From an uncultured bacterium (GTDB lineage Bacteria > Fibrobacterota > Chitinivibrionia > Chitinivibrionales > JANQEN01), in the NCBI GenBank assembly GCA_965372145.1, contig CBDVBE010000002.1, positions 1-52,440 of the forward strand: 52,440 nucleotides of DNA, in the 5' to 3' direction. Positions 33,955 to 43,315 of the stretch are shown one piece after another. Numbering within the stretch: position 1 is the stretch's first letter; the number at the start of each line of letters is the position of its first letter. A program made the position numbers and the translations under genes. The notes under the pieces were generated by a model that searched no databases, had not been told where the DNA came from, and saw only the letters and a list, made by a program, of their open reading frames with translations.

Positions 33955-34767
33955 ATGGAAACTAAATTACGTATCATTAACGATACCTCCCGTTCAGCAG
34001 CATTCAATATGGCTGCCGATCTTCACCTTCTCTCTCTTTGTATAAAAGTCCCACTTGTTTTTATTCGATTTTATTCATGGGCTGTACCAACAATTACCCT
34101 GGGGTATACTCAGAATCCGGAGGAAAGTCTTCATAAAGATGCTTTGGATAAAGAAGGTGTTTCCTGGATCCGGCGTCCAACAGGCGGCAGAGCAGTGCTT
34201 CACTGCCAGGATATCACCTATTCATGTGTCTTCTCAAAAAGCATTGCAGAGATGGGTGATGGAATTTCTGAAACCTATCACCTCATATCGGAATGCCTGA
34301 TATATGGATTAAAACAGTCCGGTATACATTGCAGTCCCCATAGTTTTTTTGTCAATGCACATGCAGTAAAACGCGAGATTAAGCTGCCCTGTTTTCTTGC
34401 GCCCAACAGAAGTGAAATCATGTATCATGGGAAAAAACTAATCGGTTCGGCGCAGAAACGTACTGCTGACGCTGTCCTGCAGCATGGATCCATACCATTG
34501 AACGGGAAATTCCGGGACGTGCCATTGTATCAGAATATCAGTGAAGAACAGCTGAAGGTATTTACAAAACTGCTGCATCAGAAGTGTACCTGTATTGAAG
34601 AGTGTGTGCCTGATTATAATAAGAGCTTGTTACTTGAAAATTTACAAGAAGGATTTGGCAGCATTTTGCCCTTTCCGGTAGAAATAAAAAGATGGACTGA
34701 GGATGAGGTGAAAGAAATCGGGAATATTGCCGGGAGTGAAGCGTTTAAAAAATTATGGATGGAATGA
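33955..34767 (+). CDS. Biotin/lipoate A/B protein ligase family protein (lipoate-protein ligase or octanoyltransferase-like)
   Basis: RRPTGGRAVLH and GKKLIGSAQKR (conserved catalytic Lys context). 270 aa. Confidence 0.7.
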   Translation: METKLRIINDTSRSAAFNMAADLHLLSLCIKVPLVFIRFYSWAVPTITLGYTQNPEESLHKDALDKEGVSWIRRPTGGRAVLHCQDITYSCVFSKSIAEMGDGISETYHLISECLIYGLKQSGIHCSPHSFFVNAHAVKREIKLPCFLAPNRSEIMYHGKKLIGSAQKRTADAVLQHGSIPLNGKFRDVPLYQNISEEQLKVFTKLLHQKCTCIEECVPDYNKSLLLENLQEGFGSILPFPVEIKRWTEDEVKEIGNIAGSEAFKKLWME

Positions 34768-34794
34768 TAGCTAGTTATAATTTAATTTAAGTAG

Positions 34795-34812
34795 GGGGAG
34801 GTTTCCCCCTCG
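34795..34812 (+). terminator. Possible terminator hairpin (no clean U-tract)
   Basis: AGGGGGA (34795-34801) / TCCCCCT (34806-34812) with a GGTT loop, 28 nt after the upstream stop. Confidence 0.35.
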
Positions 34813-35002
34813 GTTGGCTTATGGCCTCTACTTCATTAGTGATGTATGCAGTTGTAGTCGTGGTCAAACAATTACCTCCCTTAGCAAACTTGCTGTAAGT
34901 CAAAAATTGTATTCTTAACGGTCATCCGACTTTTAACTAACAGCAAGTAAGCTCACTGCGGTAATTGTTTTACGCTACCCCCTATAATAACAGGGAATAT
35001 TC

Positions 35003-36793
35003 ATGAGAAAGCAAAACATAATAGATTATTCAATACTTATTATAATTGTTATAAATGTTGTGATAATTAATTGTGGTAAATGGAAAGAGCATGAGTTGCC
35101 GAAGGATGAAGGTGTTTCTTTAGCTTTTAATTACGATTCGCTGGTGAATTGTGCCAGGGGTTTTACTCCTGCACTCGGAAAACAGGGCGGGACTCTTACC
35201 CTGCCGTTGTATGCCGAACCTGCTACTTTTAATCCCATACTCGCACCGGGCGCTGTACCTCATATGTATGAAGGGTTGGTCCGTATTGACGGCGCCACCG
35301 GAGAACCACAACCCTGTCTGGCAGAAGACTGGGTAGTCTCCGAAGATAATTGTGAGTGGAAATTTTTTATCCGGAGAAATGTCTTATGGTCGGATAGTAT
35401 ACCATTTTCGGCTTACGATGTTGCGTTTACTTTTAATAAGCTTATTTATAACGAAAATATATATCCAAATATTTCCCGGGATATGTTTACCATTAAGGGA
35501 GGCAGGATACGGGTAACTGTACTCGATAGTTTTACGGTCCTTTTCATCCTGCCGAAGGTTTTCGCGCCATTTCCCGGTTACATGACTCAGGAGATTCTTC
35601 CGAAGCATGCCTACGAAAAATGGCTGAAAAATCGTGCGTTTTCAGATTCTCTTTCCATTAAAACTTCCCCACAGATCATGGTCGGGACAGGTCCCTTTCT
35701 CCTTGCCTCATATACTCCCTACAGCAATCTTACTTGTGTAAGGAATCCTCTGTATTGGCGGCTGGATAGTGTAGGAAACAGTCTGCCCTATCTCGATTCG
35801 ATTATATATATCATAGAGTCTGACCTGGATGAGGCGCAGGAGAGTTTTAAAAATGGTGAAATCGATTATCTCGCAGCAGACGGTAATGATTATGCAGAAC
35901 TTGACGAAAAGGATTCTGCGTATTCACTGTTTCATTTAGGTCCCGCACTGGGTAGTAACTGCATTCTTTTTAATGTAAACAGCAGAGTGGACAGCAGTTC
36001 GGGAAAACTCTATGTTGATGCAAAGAAATTGGCCTGGTTCTGGAATAAGAACTTCAGGAAAGCTGTTGCCCATGCAATCAACAGGCAAAGAATTATTGAT
36101 GTGTATATGAAAGGAAGAGGCTATCCGCAATGGTCTCCCCTCAGCCCTGCGGTCGGCCATTTTTATAATTCTGCCGTTGTAACGTACCCCTATAATTTGC
36201 AAAAAGCAGACACGCTTTTACGGGAAGAGGGATTTAAGGATCGTAACGGTGATGGTTTCCTGGAGGATCCTGACAGTAACACGATTGAATTCAACTTTGT
36301 TGTTAATAGGGGCAATACATTTCGTAAAAATATCGCTGAGATTATCTGTATGGATTTAGAACGGCTGGGAATTAAAGTACACTTGAACAGTATAGATGCG
36401 AAAATCATTCACAAAAATCTCTATTATCCTCCTTACGACTGGGACATGGTCATGCTCGGTTTCTCCGGTGGTTTTGAACCTCATCTGGGGCGGGACATAT
36501 GGCAATCTTCCGGAAAACATCACCTGTGGGCTCCCGGTCAAAAGAAGCCTGCTACGCAATGGGAAGCGCGGATAAATCACCTCTTTGACGCCGGCACCGC
36601 GATTCTTGACAAAGAGGGGCGTCAAGCTATCTATCATGAATGGCAGTATATTGCATCCGATGTGCTGCCAATGATTTTTACCGTCAGGAGTGAGAGAATC
36701 CTCTGTATTTCAAACAGGGTGAAAAATGTTAATCCTTCGGTGCATGGGGGATTGCTGCATACTATTGAGAAGTTGTTTGTTAACGCCGAGTGA
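35003..36793 (+). CDS. ABC transporter substrate-binding protein, family 5 (peptide/nickel type), orphan
   Basis: 596 aa with an N-terminal anchor or signal. The SBP_bac_5 pattern runs throughout. No permease or ATPase genes are nearby. Confidence 0.75.
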   Translation: MRKQNIIDYSILIIIVINVVIINCGKWKEHELPKDEGVSLAFNYDSLVNCARGFTPALGKQGGTLTLPLYAEPATFNPILAPGAVPHMYEGLVRIDGATGEPQPCLAEDWVVSEDNCEWKFFIRRNVLWSDSIPFSAYDVAFTFNKLIYNENIYPNISRDMFTIKGGRIRVTVLDSFTVLFILPKVFAPFPGYMTQEILPKHAYEKWLKNRAFSDSLSIKTSPQIMVGTGPFLLASYTPYSNLTCVRNPLYWRLDSVGNSLPYLDSIIYIIESDLDEAQESFKNGEIDYLAADGNDYAELDEKDSAYSLFHLGPALGSNCILFNVNSRVDSSSGKLYVDAKKLAWFWNKNFRKAVAHAINRQRIIDVYMKGRGYPQWSPLSPAVGHFYNSAVVTYPYNLQKADTLLREEGFKDRNGDGFLEDPDSNTIEFNFVVNRGNTFRKNIAEIICMDLERLGIKVHLNSIDAKIIHKNLYYPPYDWDMVMLGFSGGFEPHLGRDIWQSSGKHHLWAPGQKKPATQWEARINHLFDAGTAILDKEGRQAIYHEWQYIASDVLPMIFTVRSERILCISNRVKNVNPSVHGGLLHTIEKLFVNAE

Positions 36794-36885
36794 TACGCTG
36801 ATATCGAAAGTAAACTATCGTTTGAAACGTGAGTGAATTTCAGTAGTAAATCGATATTGAAATAGTAGAAGTTGATTTTTTTACT

Positions 36886-37272
36886 TTGCCATTCAGTTAT
36901 TTTAAATCTATCAATAATTTGTTGCCTGGTAAAAAAAAAGGTGAAAACATGTTACCTGAAGATGATACAATAAATAGAATAAAAGAAATTATTGTAAAAT
37001 ATTATAACCCGGATAAAGTTATTTTATTCGGTTCGTATGCTAAAGGGAATGCTGAAATAAAAAGTGATATTGATATACTCATTATTTCTGACAGGGAGAA
37101 GCATTTACCGCGATATAAAAGGGGATTGGATGTTCGTCTGAAGTTATCTGAAGTTGAAAAACCCAAGGATATACTTTTTTATACGCATGAGGATATTAAC
37201 CGCTGGAATGGTGTAAAACATAGCTTTGTCAGCGAAGTGCTCAGGGAAGGAACCGTTCTTTATGAACGATAA
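36886..37272 (+). CDS. Minimal nucleotidyltransferase (MNT) antitoxin-type protein
   Basis: LFGSYAKGNAEIKSDIDILII (GS-X10-DxD). Probable start at ATG 36949, with an upstream AAAGGTGA. Confidence 0.8.
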   Translation: MPFSYFKSINNLLPGKKKGENMLPEDDTINRIKEIIVKYYNPDKVILFGSYAKGNAEIKSDIDILIISDREKHLPRYKRGLDVRLKLSEVEKPKDILFYTHEDINRWNGVKHSFVSEVLREGTVLYER

Positions 37273-37675
37273 GATGAAAGAATATATTAAAGCATGGCTT
37301 AATAAAGCTGATTCGGATTTAAAAAACGCCGAACTGGTTCTTGGTGCAGAAGATGAAAATCTACCCTATGATACTGTATGTTTTCATTGTCAACAAGCGG
37401 TTGAAAAATATCTAAAAGCGTATTGCACCTATCATGACATTAGTTTTCCTTATACACACAATCTGGCTGATCTTGCAGCAAAATTACAGAAAAAAGATAA
37501 AAATATTGAATCTATTAGAAGAGATGTCGAGACATTGACACCCTATGCAGTTGAAATTCGATATCCTGATGACACCTATCTTCCATCAAGGGAAGATGCT
37601 CAAGATGCTTATGAAATAGCAGTACGAATTAAAAAAATAGTAACAACAAAGATTAACTTTGATTTAGCAGATTGA
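37226..37675 (+). CDS. HEPN-domain protein (partner of the MNT)
   Basis: WLNKADSDLKNAE...CFHCQQAVEKYLKAY...YAVEIRYPD is the HEPN pattern. Probable start at 37262 or 37274, overlapping or abutting the MNT stop. Confidence 0.8.
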   Translation: MSAKCSGKEPFFMNDKMKEYIKAWLNKADSDLKNAELVLGAEDENLPYDTVCFHCQQAVEKYLKAYCTYHDISFPYTHNLADLAAKLQKKDKNIESIRRDVETLTPYAVEIRYPDDTYLPSREDAQDAYEIAVRIKKIVTTKINFDLAD

Positions 37676-37736
37676 TACTCTTGAGCTTCTTAATTTAATA
37701 TAAAGGGGTGTGATATAATAATAATGGTTGTTGTTA

Positions 37737-40409
37737 TTATTCCTCCAACCCATCCTCCTCAACATCTTTCGTCAGAACCGCAAGCTTCTGTGCAGCTATT
37801 TTTCTATACACCTCTTTGGGCTCTCTCTTTTCTCCATTAACCGTTAACAGATCTTCAACGGCAATGCCGAAATGTTCCTCATTTTCTTTGAGGAAAGGAT
37901 GAATCAGTTCCCAGTCAGCATCACTCAAGTCTCTGTATACTCCTCCATTAAGTTGTTCTTCAACCAGCTTTCTGTGAGGGTCCCGTACATAAATTGCGCC
38001 GCCGGAAGCAAGGGAGAATATATTTGAGCCTGAATAGGGTGTGTCATATTCTTTAATCGCACCGGTACGTTCGTCAAAACAGATACCATTAAGGATGACA
38101 AATCCGCCGCCCTTCAGTGGATCCCCTGCCATGAACGATTCGGCCAGGTAGTCTAAAGCGGTTCCGTTAATAACCACTTTGGGCTTGCCCACGGCATTGA
38201 TAAGCGGCCGGCCTGCGGCATTACCCATGACAAAAACCGAGCCGCCCTTCGCACCGTACATGAAAGTCTGACCAACATCGCCATGTACAACCAGTTTGCC
38301 GGATTTCATGATCTGGCAAAGCTGGTCCTGTGCGTTGTCATGGACATGGATTTCCATACCGTCAATACCAGATGCAAGATAGTCACCTGAAGAGCCGTAC
38401 ACATCAATTCTGACACCTTCAGTCGCCGGTCCCAGGCCGTTACCGGCAAAACGCTGTCCCCGATACTTGAAAACGATAAATTGTTTCCAGCCAAGATCAA
38501 ACGCTTTTTTAATAAGCACCGCATCGCAGGTATCATCTTGCGGTGTGAATTTTTTCGCATTGATGATTAATGTAGTTTCATTACCTTTAGGAGTATGAAT
38601 AGCATCTCTGGATTCAAAATCGATAAGGCAATAGGTAGAGTCGGCATTATCAGTAATCATGCGTGTGTTTAAAAGAATATCGTCTATAGTTTCCCTGAAA
38701 ATCTGTAAAGCGGAACTTCTTTTAATTGTACCGGTATCATATCTCCTGTCATTAAGCAGCGTTAACGCTTCAATAGCAATTGCTTTACCGGCATCGTTTT
38801 GCAGCGCATATTTTTTCACTGCGTTAATACAGTAACGAAGTGCATTCCCGTTAAATTCTTTTATACTGTTTTTAACATAGTCAAAAATCTTCCTTGCGTT
38901 ATTTTCCTCCAGAGCACTTTCAATCCCGTTTTTCACTGCATCGTCCGGAGTCGCAATCTCAGCAGAAAGGTCACACACAACTCGGTCTTTTACGGTTTCA
39001 ATAACGGTACCGAATTTATCCGTGCAGGTAAGTTTTGATGAGCCGTTTTTGTTTTTCATGGTGAAAACAAACGCACCGCCGTCAGTATAGCTTCCGCCAC
39101 GGGCATTCCAGTATTTATCAGCGATTGGCCTGAATCGGCTGTCTTCCTGTGCCAGTGATTTCAGGGTTGCATCGATCGCCTGTTTCTCGGAGCAGATTAA
39201 TCCGATCTGAACCTCGCCTTCCTGCAGGGCAAAGACCTGGGGCCGCAGCATTGAGGTGTCGGTAATACCGATAAGCTGGAATTCCCTGTTAGCAACATCG
39301 TTGCGTGAAATAATAAAAAACCACGGACCGTCGGGTGATGAGCTTACATGGTGGGTTTGAATTGCCTTGTATATTTTCTGCTTTTCTTCAGGAAGCATGT
39401 CAAAATCCAGCTCGGAAGTCGGCGCCATTGCTTCAATGAGATACTCGAGCGGGTATTTATAGACACGTCCCCACAGGTCCAGAAGGAGAACTGCTTCCTC
39501 TGTATCGGTAAGGAAAAGCGGGTGATAGTTCTTCTGTTCCAGATACTGGCTGACTGAAAAGTAATTGGCAAAGTCTCCGTTGTGTACCAGTGCAGCATTC
39601 ATTGAGCTGAAGGGATGACAGCCGCCCGGATGCCAGACACGCCCCCGTGTGGGATAACGCTGATGTGCAATCCAGGCATGGGCTTTCAGGTCTTCCAGTT
39701 TGTAATACTCAATAACCTTTTCAGCAAAACCCACCACTTTCAGAATCATTATATTTTTCCCGCTGGAGAGAACGAACGCCTGCTTATCTCCCAGCGAAGC
39801 ATAATATTCGGTATTTATTTTATAGCAGTTTTGAGAGATGAGTTCTTCCTCCGCATCTTCTTTCGAGAGCGATTGCAGGTTATTATCTGCAACGAACTGT
39901 GCAAGAGCATCTTCTTTTACACGAATGAAGTAACGGACTACACCAGGAGGCTTAACTTCCAGACCGATGGACCGGTAATCATCGATTCTATCCAGCGTAT
40001 CGGATTTGTCCACAATAAAGTACGGGTTTATAAAGCGGTTTTCAAGATCTTCCTGAACATCATTCTCGATTAAGGCAATATGCAGCATGAAGTCTTCGTC
40101 AAGCATCTGCTGAGAAATACCGAGCTGTTCGGGAATAAATCCCATAGCTGAGATGCCGCCGCCTTTACCGTTACCGCGGTTTCTCATCTGATAGGACGGC
40201 TCAAAGATATTTTTCCCGCTTACCGGAATAGAGCAGATAAACCCGGTAACACCGCATCCTCCCTCTTCTTCAACTTTGTAGTTACCATGAAAAGGAAGGT
40301 GTTCAACAAGCTTTTTTCTCGATTGAATAATTTTTTCTGCGTTATTCATATATATCACCTGATTATTTATTATAGTCGATATGGGAGAGCAGATCCGTTC
40401 TGCCCACAA
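37737..40409 (-). CDS. Glutamate-synthase-like fusion: class-II glutamine amidotransferase domain plus a GXGXG (GltB C-terminal) domain
   Basis: GGCGVTGF nucleophile Cys context and HQRYPTRG in the N-terminal half. The C-terminal half has YGSSGDYLASGIDG, HGDVGQTFMYGAKGG and MGNAAGRPL beta-helix repeats. Probable start at ATG 40349 (an AGGTGA lies upstream). Confidence 0.75.
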   Translation of the reverse strand: MWAERICSPISTIINNQVIYMNNAEKIIQSRKKLVEHLPFHGNYKVEEEGGCGVTGFICSIPVSGKNIFEPSYQMRNRGNGKGGGISAMGFIPEQLGISQQMLDEDFMLHIALIENDVQEDLENRFINPYFIVDKSDTLDRIDDYRSIGLEVKPPGVVRYFIRVKEDALAQFVADNNLQSLSKEDAEEELISQNCYKINTEYYASLGDKQAFVLSSGKNIMILKVVGFAEKVIEYYKLEDLKAHAWIAHQRYPTRGRVWHPGGCHPFSSMNAALVHNGDFANYFSVSQYLEQKNYHPLFLTDTEEAVLLLDLWGRVYKYPLEYLIEAMAPTSELDFDMLPEEKQKIYKAIQTHHVSSSPDGPWFFIISRNDVANREFQLIGITDTSMLRPQVFALQEGEVQIGLICSEKQAIDATLKSLAQEDSRFRPIADKYWNARGGSYTDGGAFVFTMKNKNGSSKLTCTDKFGTVIETVKDRVVCDLSAEIATPDDAVKNGIESALEENNARKIFDYVKNSIKEFNGNALRYCINAVKKYALQNDAGKAIAIEALTLLNDRRYDTGTIKRSSALQIFRETIDDILLNTRMITDNADSTYCLIDFESRDAIHTPKGNETTLIINAKKFTPQDDTCDAVLIKKAFDLGWKQFIVFKYRGQRFAGNGLGPATEGVRIDVYGSSGDYLASGIDGMEIHVHDNAQDQLCQIMKSGKLVVHGDVGQTFMYGAKGGSVFVMGNAAGRPLINAVGKPKVVINGTALDYLAESFMAGDPLKGGGFVILNGICFDERTGAIKEYDTPYSGSNIFSLASGGAIYVRDPHRKLVEEQLNGGVYRDLSDADWELIHPFLKENEEHFGIAVEDLLTVNGEKREPKEVYRKIAAQKLAVLTKDVEEDGLEE

Positions 40410-41844
40410 GTTCAGTTACACTCTTCATGCCGAATTTCTGCAGTATCTTAACCAGTTCATCATGCCAGGCATTGAAAAGATTGGTCAGACGCTGCGATGC
40501 ATATTCCTCATCGTAAAGGGCCGCCAGTTCGGGATCGGTTGAGGCGATACCGCGTGCGCAGCCTCTTCCGGATTCACAGTTACCGCACCGCACACACTCA
40601 AGAGCAACCATCTCAGCCGTGGCAATAACGACACCGTCAGCACCGAGACAGATAGCCTTGGCTACGTCGTGCGCATTACGGATGCCGCCTGATGCAATAA
40701 GGGTAACCGCATCACGGGCGCCCTCTTCCTCAAGGAAGTTGTGAACCTTTGGAATGGCGTATTCTATAGGCATGGCTATATTTTTCTTTGCTATATCAGG
40801 AGCGGCACCGGTTCCGCCATACCCGCCGTCAATATGAATGATATGGGCATTCGCGTAGTACGAACCCACTGCCACCATGTCAACATCATTGGGTGTTGAT
40901 ACTTTCACGGAAACAAGTGCCGTCGGATTCATTTCCCTGATCCAGTCAACGTGTTTTTTATGGTCTTCGATAGAATAAACTGAATGGAATGGAAAGGGCG
41001 AAAAGAGTGAGGTTCCTTTCACCGCTTCACGTATTTTAGAGATAGCCTCAGTATGCTTTTCTCCAAGGAGATGTCCGCCGAGTCCCGGTTTCGCACCCTG
41101 TGCATATTTTAATTCAACTATTCGGACCCTTTTAATTGTCTCTTCACTGACGCCGAACAGGCCGGTAGCAACCTGGGTAATTACATGGTTGTCATAGGGC
41201 TTGAGTGCATCGGGATACCCGCCTTCACCGGTGCAGGTAAAGGTATTCCACGCCTGCGCATTGCGGGCACGGGATACAAGGGTCGTCAGGCTGCAGGAGC
41301 CGAAAGACATACCACCGCAGTATACCGGCAGGCCGATTTCCATATCAGCCCGTCCATCGTTGCGGCGGTTCAGTTTAATAGTTGTAGAAATCTCTTCAGG
41401 ATTAACCTCGGGAGGATTTTGTGGAAATTTAAACCGGAGTTTATCAAATCCACCCTCGGAATTACCAATGTTATAATCGAGATCAATACGTTTAGGTATT
41501 GCACCTGTTTCTGCCATGATCCATGTTGCAGTAATCATATCAGAAGTCCAGCGGTAATCACCAAGAGTCTCATACATTGGATTCCGTTTGAGTTCTAATG
41601 CGTTCTTTGGGCATTTGTTAATGCAGAAGAAATCATTCTTCTCACATTCAAACCCAATACATTTATAACTGACGGGCATTTTTATTTTATTATGTCCATC
41701 AGGACGTTCATGAACACCATACGGACAGAGACGGGCACAGGTTCCACAGTTAATACAGGCATCTGAACGGGTTACCAGGTATTTCGGGAGCAAGTGCCGA
41801 AAACGTGACGGCGCATATTTAACTGTTACAGTTTCTGGTTTCAT
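40363..41844 (-). CDS. Glutamate synthase FMN-binding domain protein with an N-terminal 2x[4Fe-4S] ferredoxin module
   Basis: CINCGTCARLCP and C..KCP clusters, then CGGMSFGS, TGEGG, KYAQGAKPGLGGHLLGEK and ASGGIRNAHDVAKAICLGADGV (GltB domain-2 signatures). Confidence 0.85.
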   Translation of the reverse strand: MKPETVTVKYAPSRFRHLLPKYLVTRSDACINCGTCARLCPYGVHERPDGHNKIKMPVSYKCIGFECEKNDFFCINKCPKNALELKRNPMYETLGDYRWTSDMITATWIMAETGAIPKRIDLDYNIGNSEGGFDKLRFKFPQNPPEVNPEEISTTIKLNRRNDGRADMEIGLPVYCGGMSFGSCSLTTLVSRARNAQAWNTFTCTGEGGYPDALKPYDNHVITQVATGLFGVSEETIKRVRIVELKYAQGAKPGLGGHLLGEKHTEAISKIREAVKGTSLFSPFPFHSVYSIEDHKKHVDWIREMNPTALVSVKVSTPNDVDMVAVGSYYANAHIIHIDGGYGGTGAAPDIAKKNIAMPIEYAIPKVHNFLEEEGARDAVTLIASGGIRNAHDVAKAICLGADGVVIATAEMVALECVRCGNCESGRGCARGIASTDPELAALYDEEYASQRLTNLFNAWHDELVKILQKFGMKSVTELVGRTDLLSHIDYNK

Positions 41845-41847
41845 TTG

Positions 41848-43230
41848 TTATTTTCCAAAAATGGTTGCAAAGGTTTCTTTTTCAAGTGTTTCGTAATAAA
41901 TAGCTCTTCCCATTTCTCCCCGAAGACGTCGAATTTCCCTGATACCCATAGCACCCATAACTTCAAGCAGTTGGGAATGCCAGGCACCGAGAAGGTTGAC
42001 AATTCTCTGGATTCCATCTGTTTGAGATACGTTATTCAAACCTGCCGGTGGGAATAAAAAGTTTTCCTTACTGTCGTGTATCTCATAACCCAGGGCAAGA
42101 AACAGCGGTATATCGAGGGCAATCACATCAGCACCGGAAATTATTGTTTTCGGTAAATGTTCTGCCATGGCTATACCACCTGACCCTATAATTGTTAATT
42201 CATCACGGAGAGTTTGTTTAATGAGTTTGGTATTAATGGATTCAAGTACTTCCTTAATAAATCGTGCCTGGCTGCCGCCTTGCTCTATGCCGTGATGATC
42301 GGTAACGACATGCACTATTTCAGCACCATTTTGAGCAAAGGCTAACACGGTATCTTCTATTGTAGAAGATGCTTCAACCCTGATTGCTACTAATGCATCG
42401 GTTACACTTTTAATTTCTTTCCTGATTGATGCAAAGTTATTGAGTAGTTCATCTGAGTATAGTATTTCAATGACTTTTACTTTTTTCAGAAGGTCAGCAT
42501 GTTTTTCAACCTCAGTGTGCGCCAGTAACGGCATCATATGCTCTACATATTTTTCAATGTCACCTTTGATTTCATCCACCGGAAGGACTACCAATGTATC
42601 TATTTCTTCAGCAGCACCCGTAATCGAGTTCTTTACAATATCTGTAACATCGTAAATAGAACCATCAAAAATTACTGGTATTTGTAAATCAATATTTTTT
42701 GGTATATCTGAGAGTAGTTCGCCATTTTCGCCAAAAGTGAGATGGTCCAGTTTCCTGCCCAGGTCAACATGGGTGCTGATATATTCACGCCCGTGAATCC
42801 CCTCTCTGGTCGGTCGAACGATCTCAGACATATCAGTCCACATGCTGTCAAACCCGGGGCCGGTGAATTTTCCCCGGTACCCGGCACCCGATACCGGTAC
42901 TTTTCCGTTTTCAGCCTGTTTCCATATGCTTAAAATCATATCAGATGTCCAGTAAGCATCACCAAGTGTCTTGAATTCAGGCATAATCGATTTGGTCATG
43001 GCACCACGGGGACACTCCTGGATACAACGGAAACAGTTTTTGCAGAGTGCACAGATCGGGTCTGCCATTTTACGGGGATCCTCTTCGCTGCGTTTATGGG
43101 CTTCGTAAATACAGACTTTTATACACTTCCCGCAGTTAATACACTGCTCCCCACGTTCCAACTTGAACTTGGCAATAAGGTCCAGTTCAAGGATTGTCGG
43201 TTTTACATGAATATGGTATTTCTTTGGCAT
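41848..43230 (-). CDS. Degenerate paralogue of the GltB FMN-domain/ferredoxin protein
   Basis: Same N-terminal Cys clusters and the shared WTSDMI motif, and a C-terminal GSGGIAMAEHLPKTIISGADVIALD. It lacks the GMSFG, GEGG and QGAKPG motifs present in its neighbour. Confidence 0.6.
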   Translation of the reverse strand: MPKKYHIHVKPTILELDLIAKFKLERGEQCINCGKCIKVCIYEAHKRSEEDPRKMADPICALCKNCFRCIQECPRGAMTKSIMPEFKTLGDAYWTSDMILSIWKQAENGKVPVSGAGYRGKFTGPGFDSMWTDMSEIVRPTREGIHGREYISTHVDLGRKLDHLTFGENGELLSDIPKNIDLQIPVIFDGSIYDVTDIVKNSITGAAEEIDTLVVLPVDEIKGDIEKYVEHMMPLLAHTEVEKHADLLKKVKVIEILYSDELLNNFASIRKEIKSVTDALVAIRVEASSTIEDTVLAFAQNGAEIVHVVTDHHGIEQGGSQARFIKEVLESINTKLIKQTLRDELTIIGSGGIAMAEHLPKTIISGADVIALDIPLFLALGYEIHDSKENFLFPPAGLNNVSQTDGIQRIVNLLGAWHSQLLEVMGAMGIREIRRLRGEMGRAIYYETLEKETFATIFGK

Positions 43231-43315
43231 ATTTTTTTATTCTTGTTTCAGGTTCGTTTACATTTATTCTTTTTCAACTTCCAACGGCAGAATTCTGACC
43301 GCTGACTACTATCTT

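Noticed and set aside
41185-41598. 137-aa and 91-aa plus-strand ORFs within the gltB-like FMN-domain gene
   Set aside because: They are antisense to a gene carrying multiple exact GltB signature motifs.
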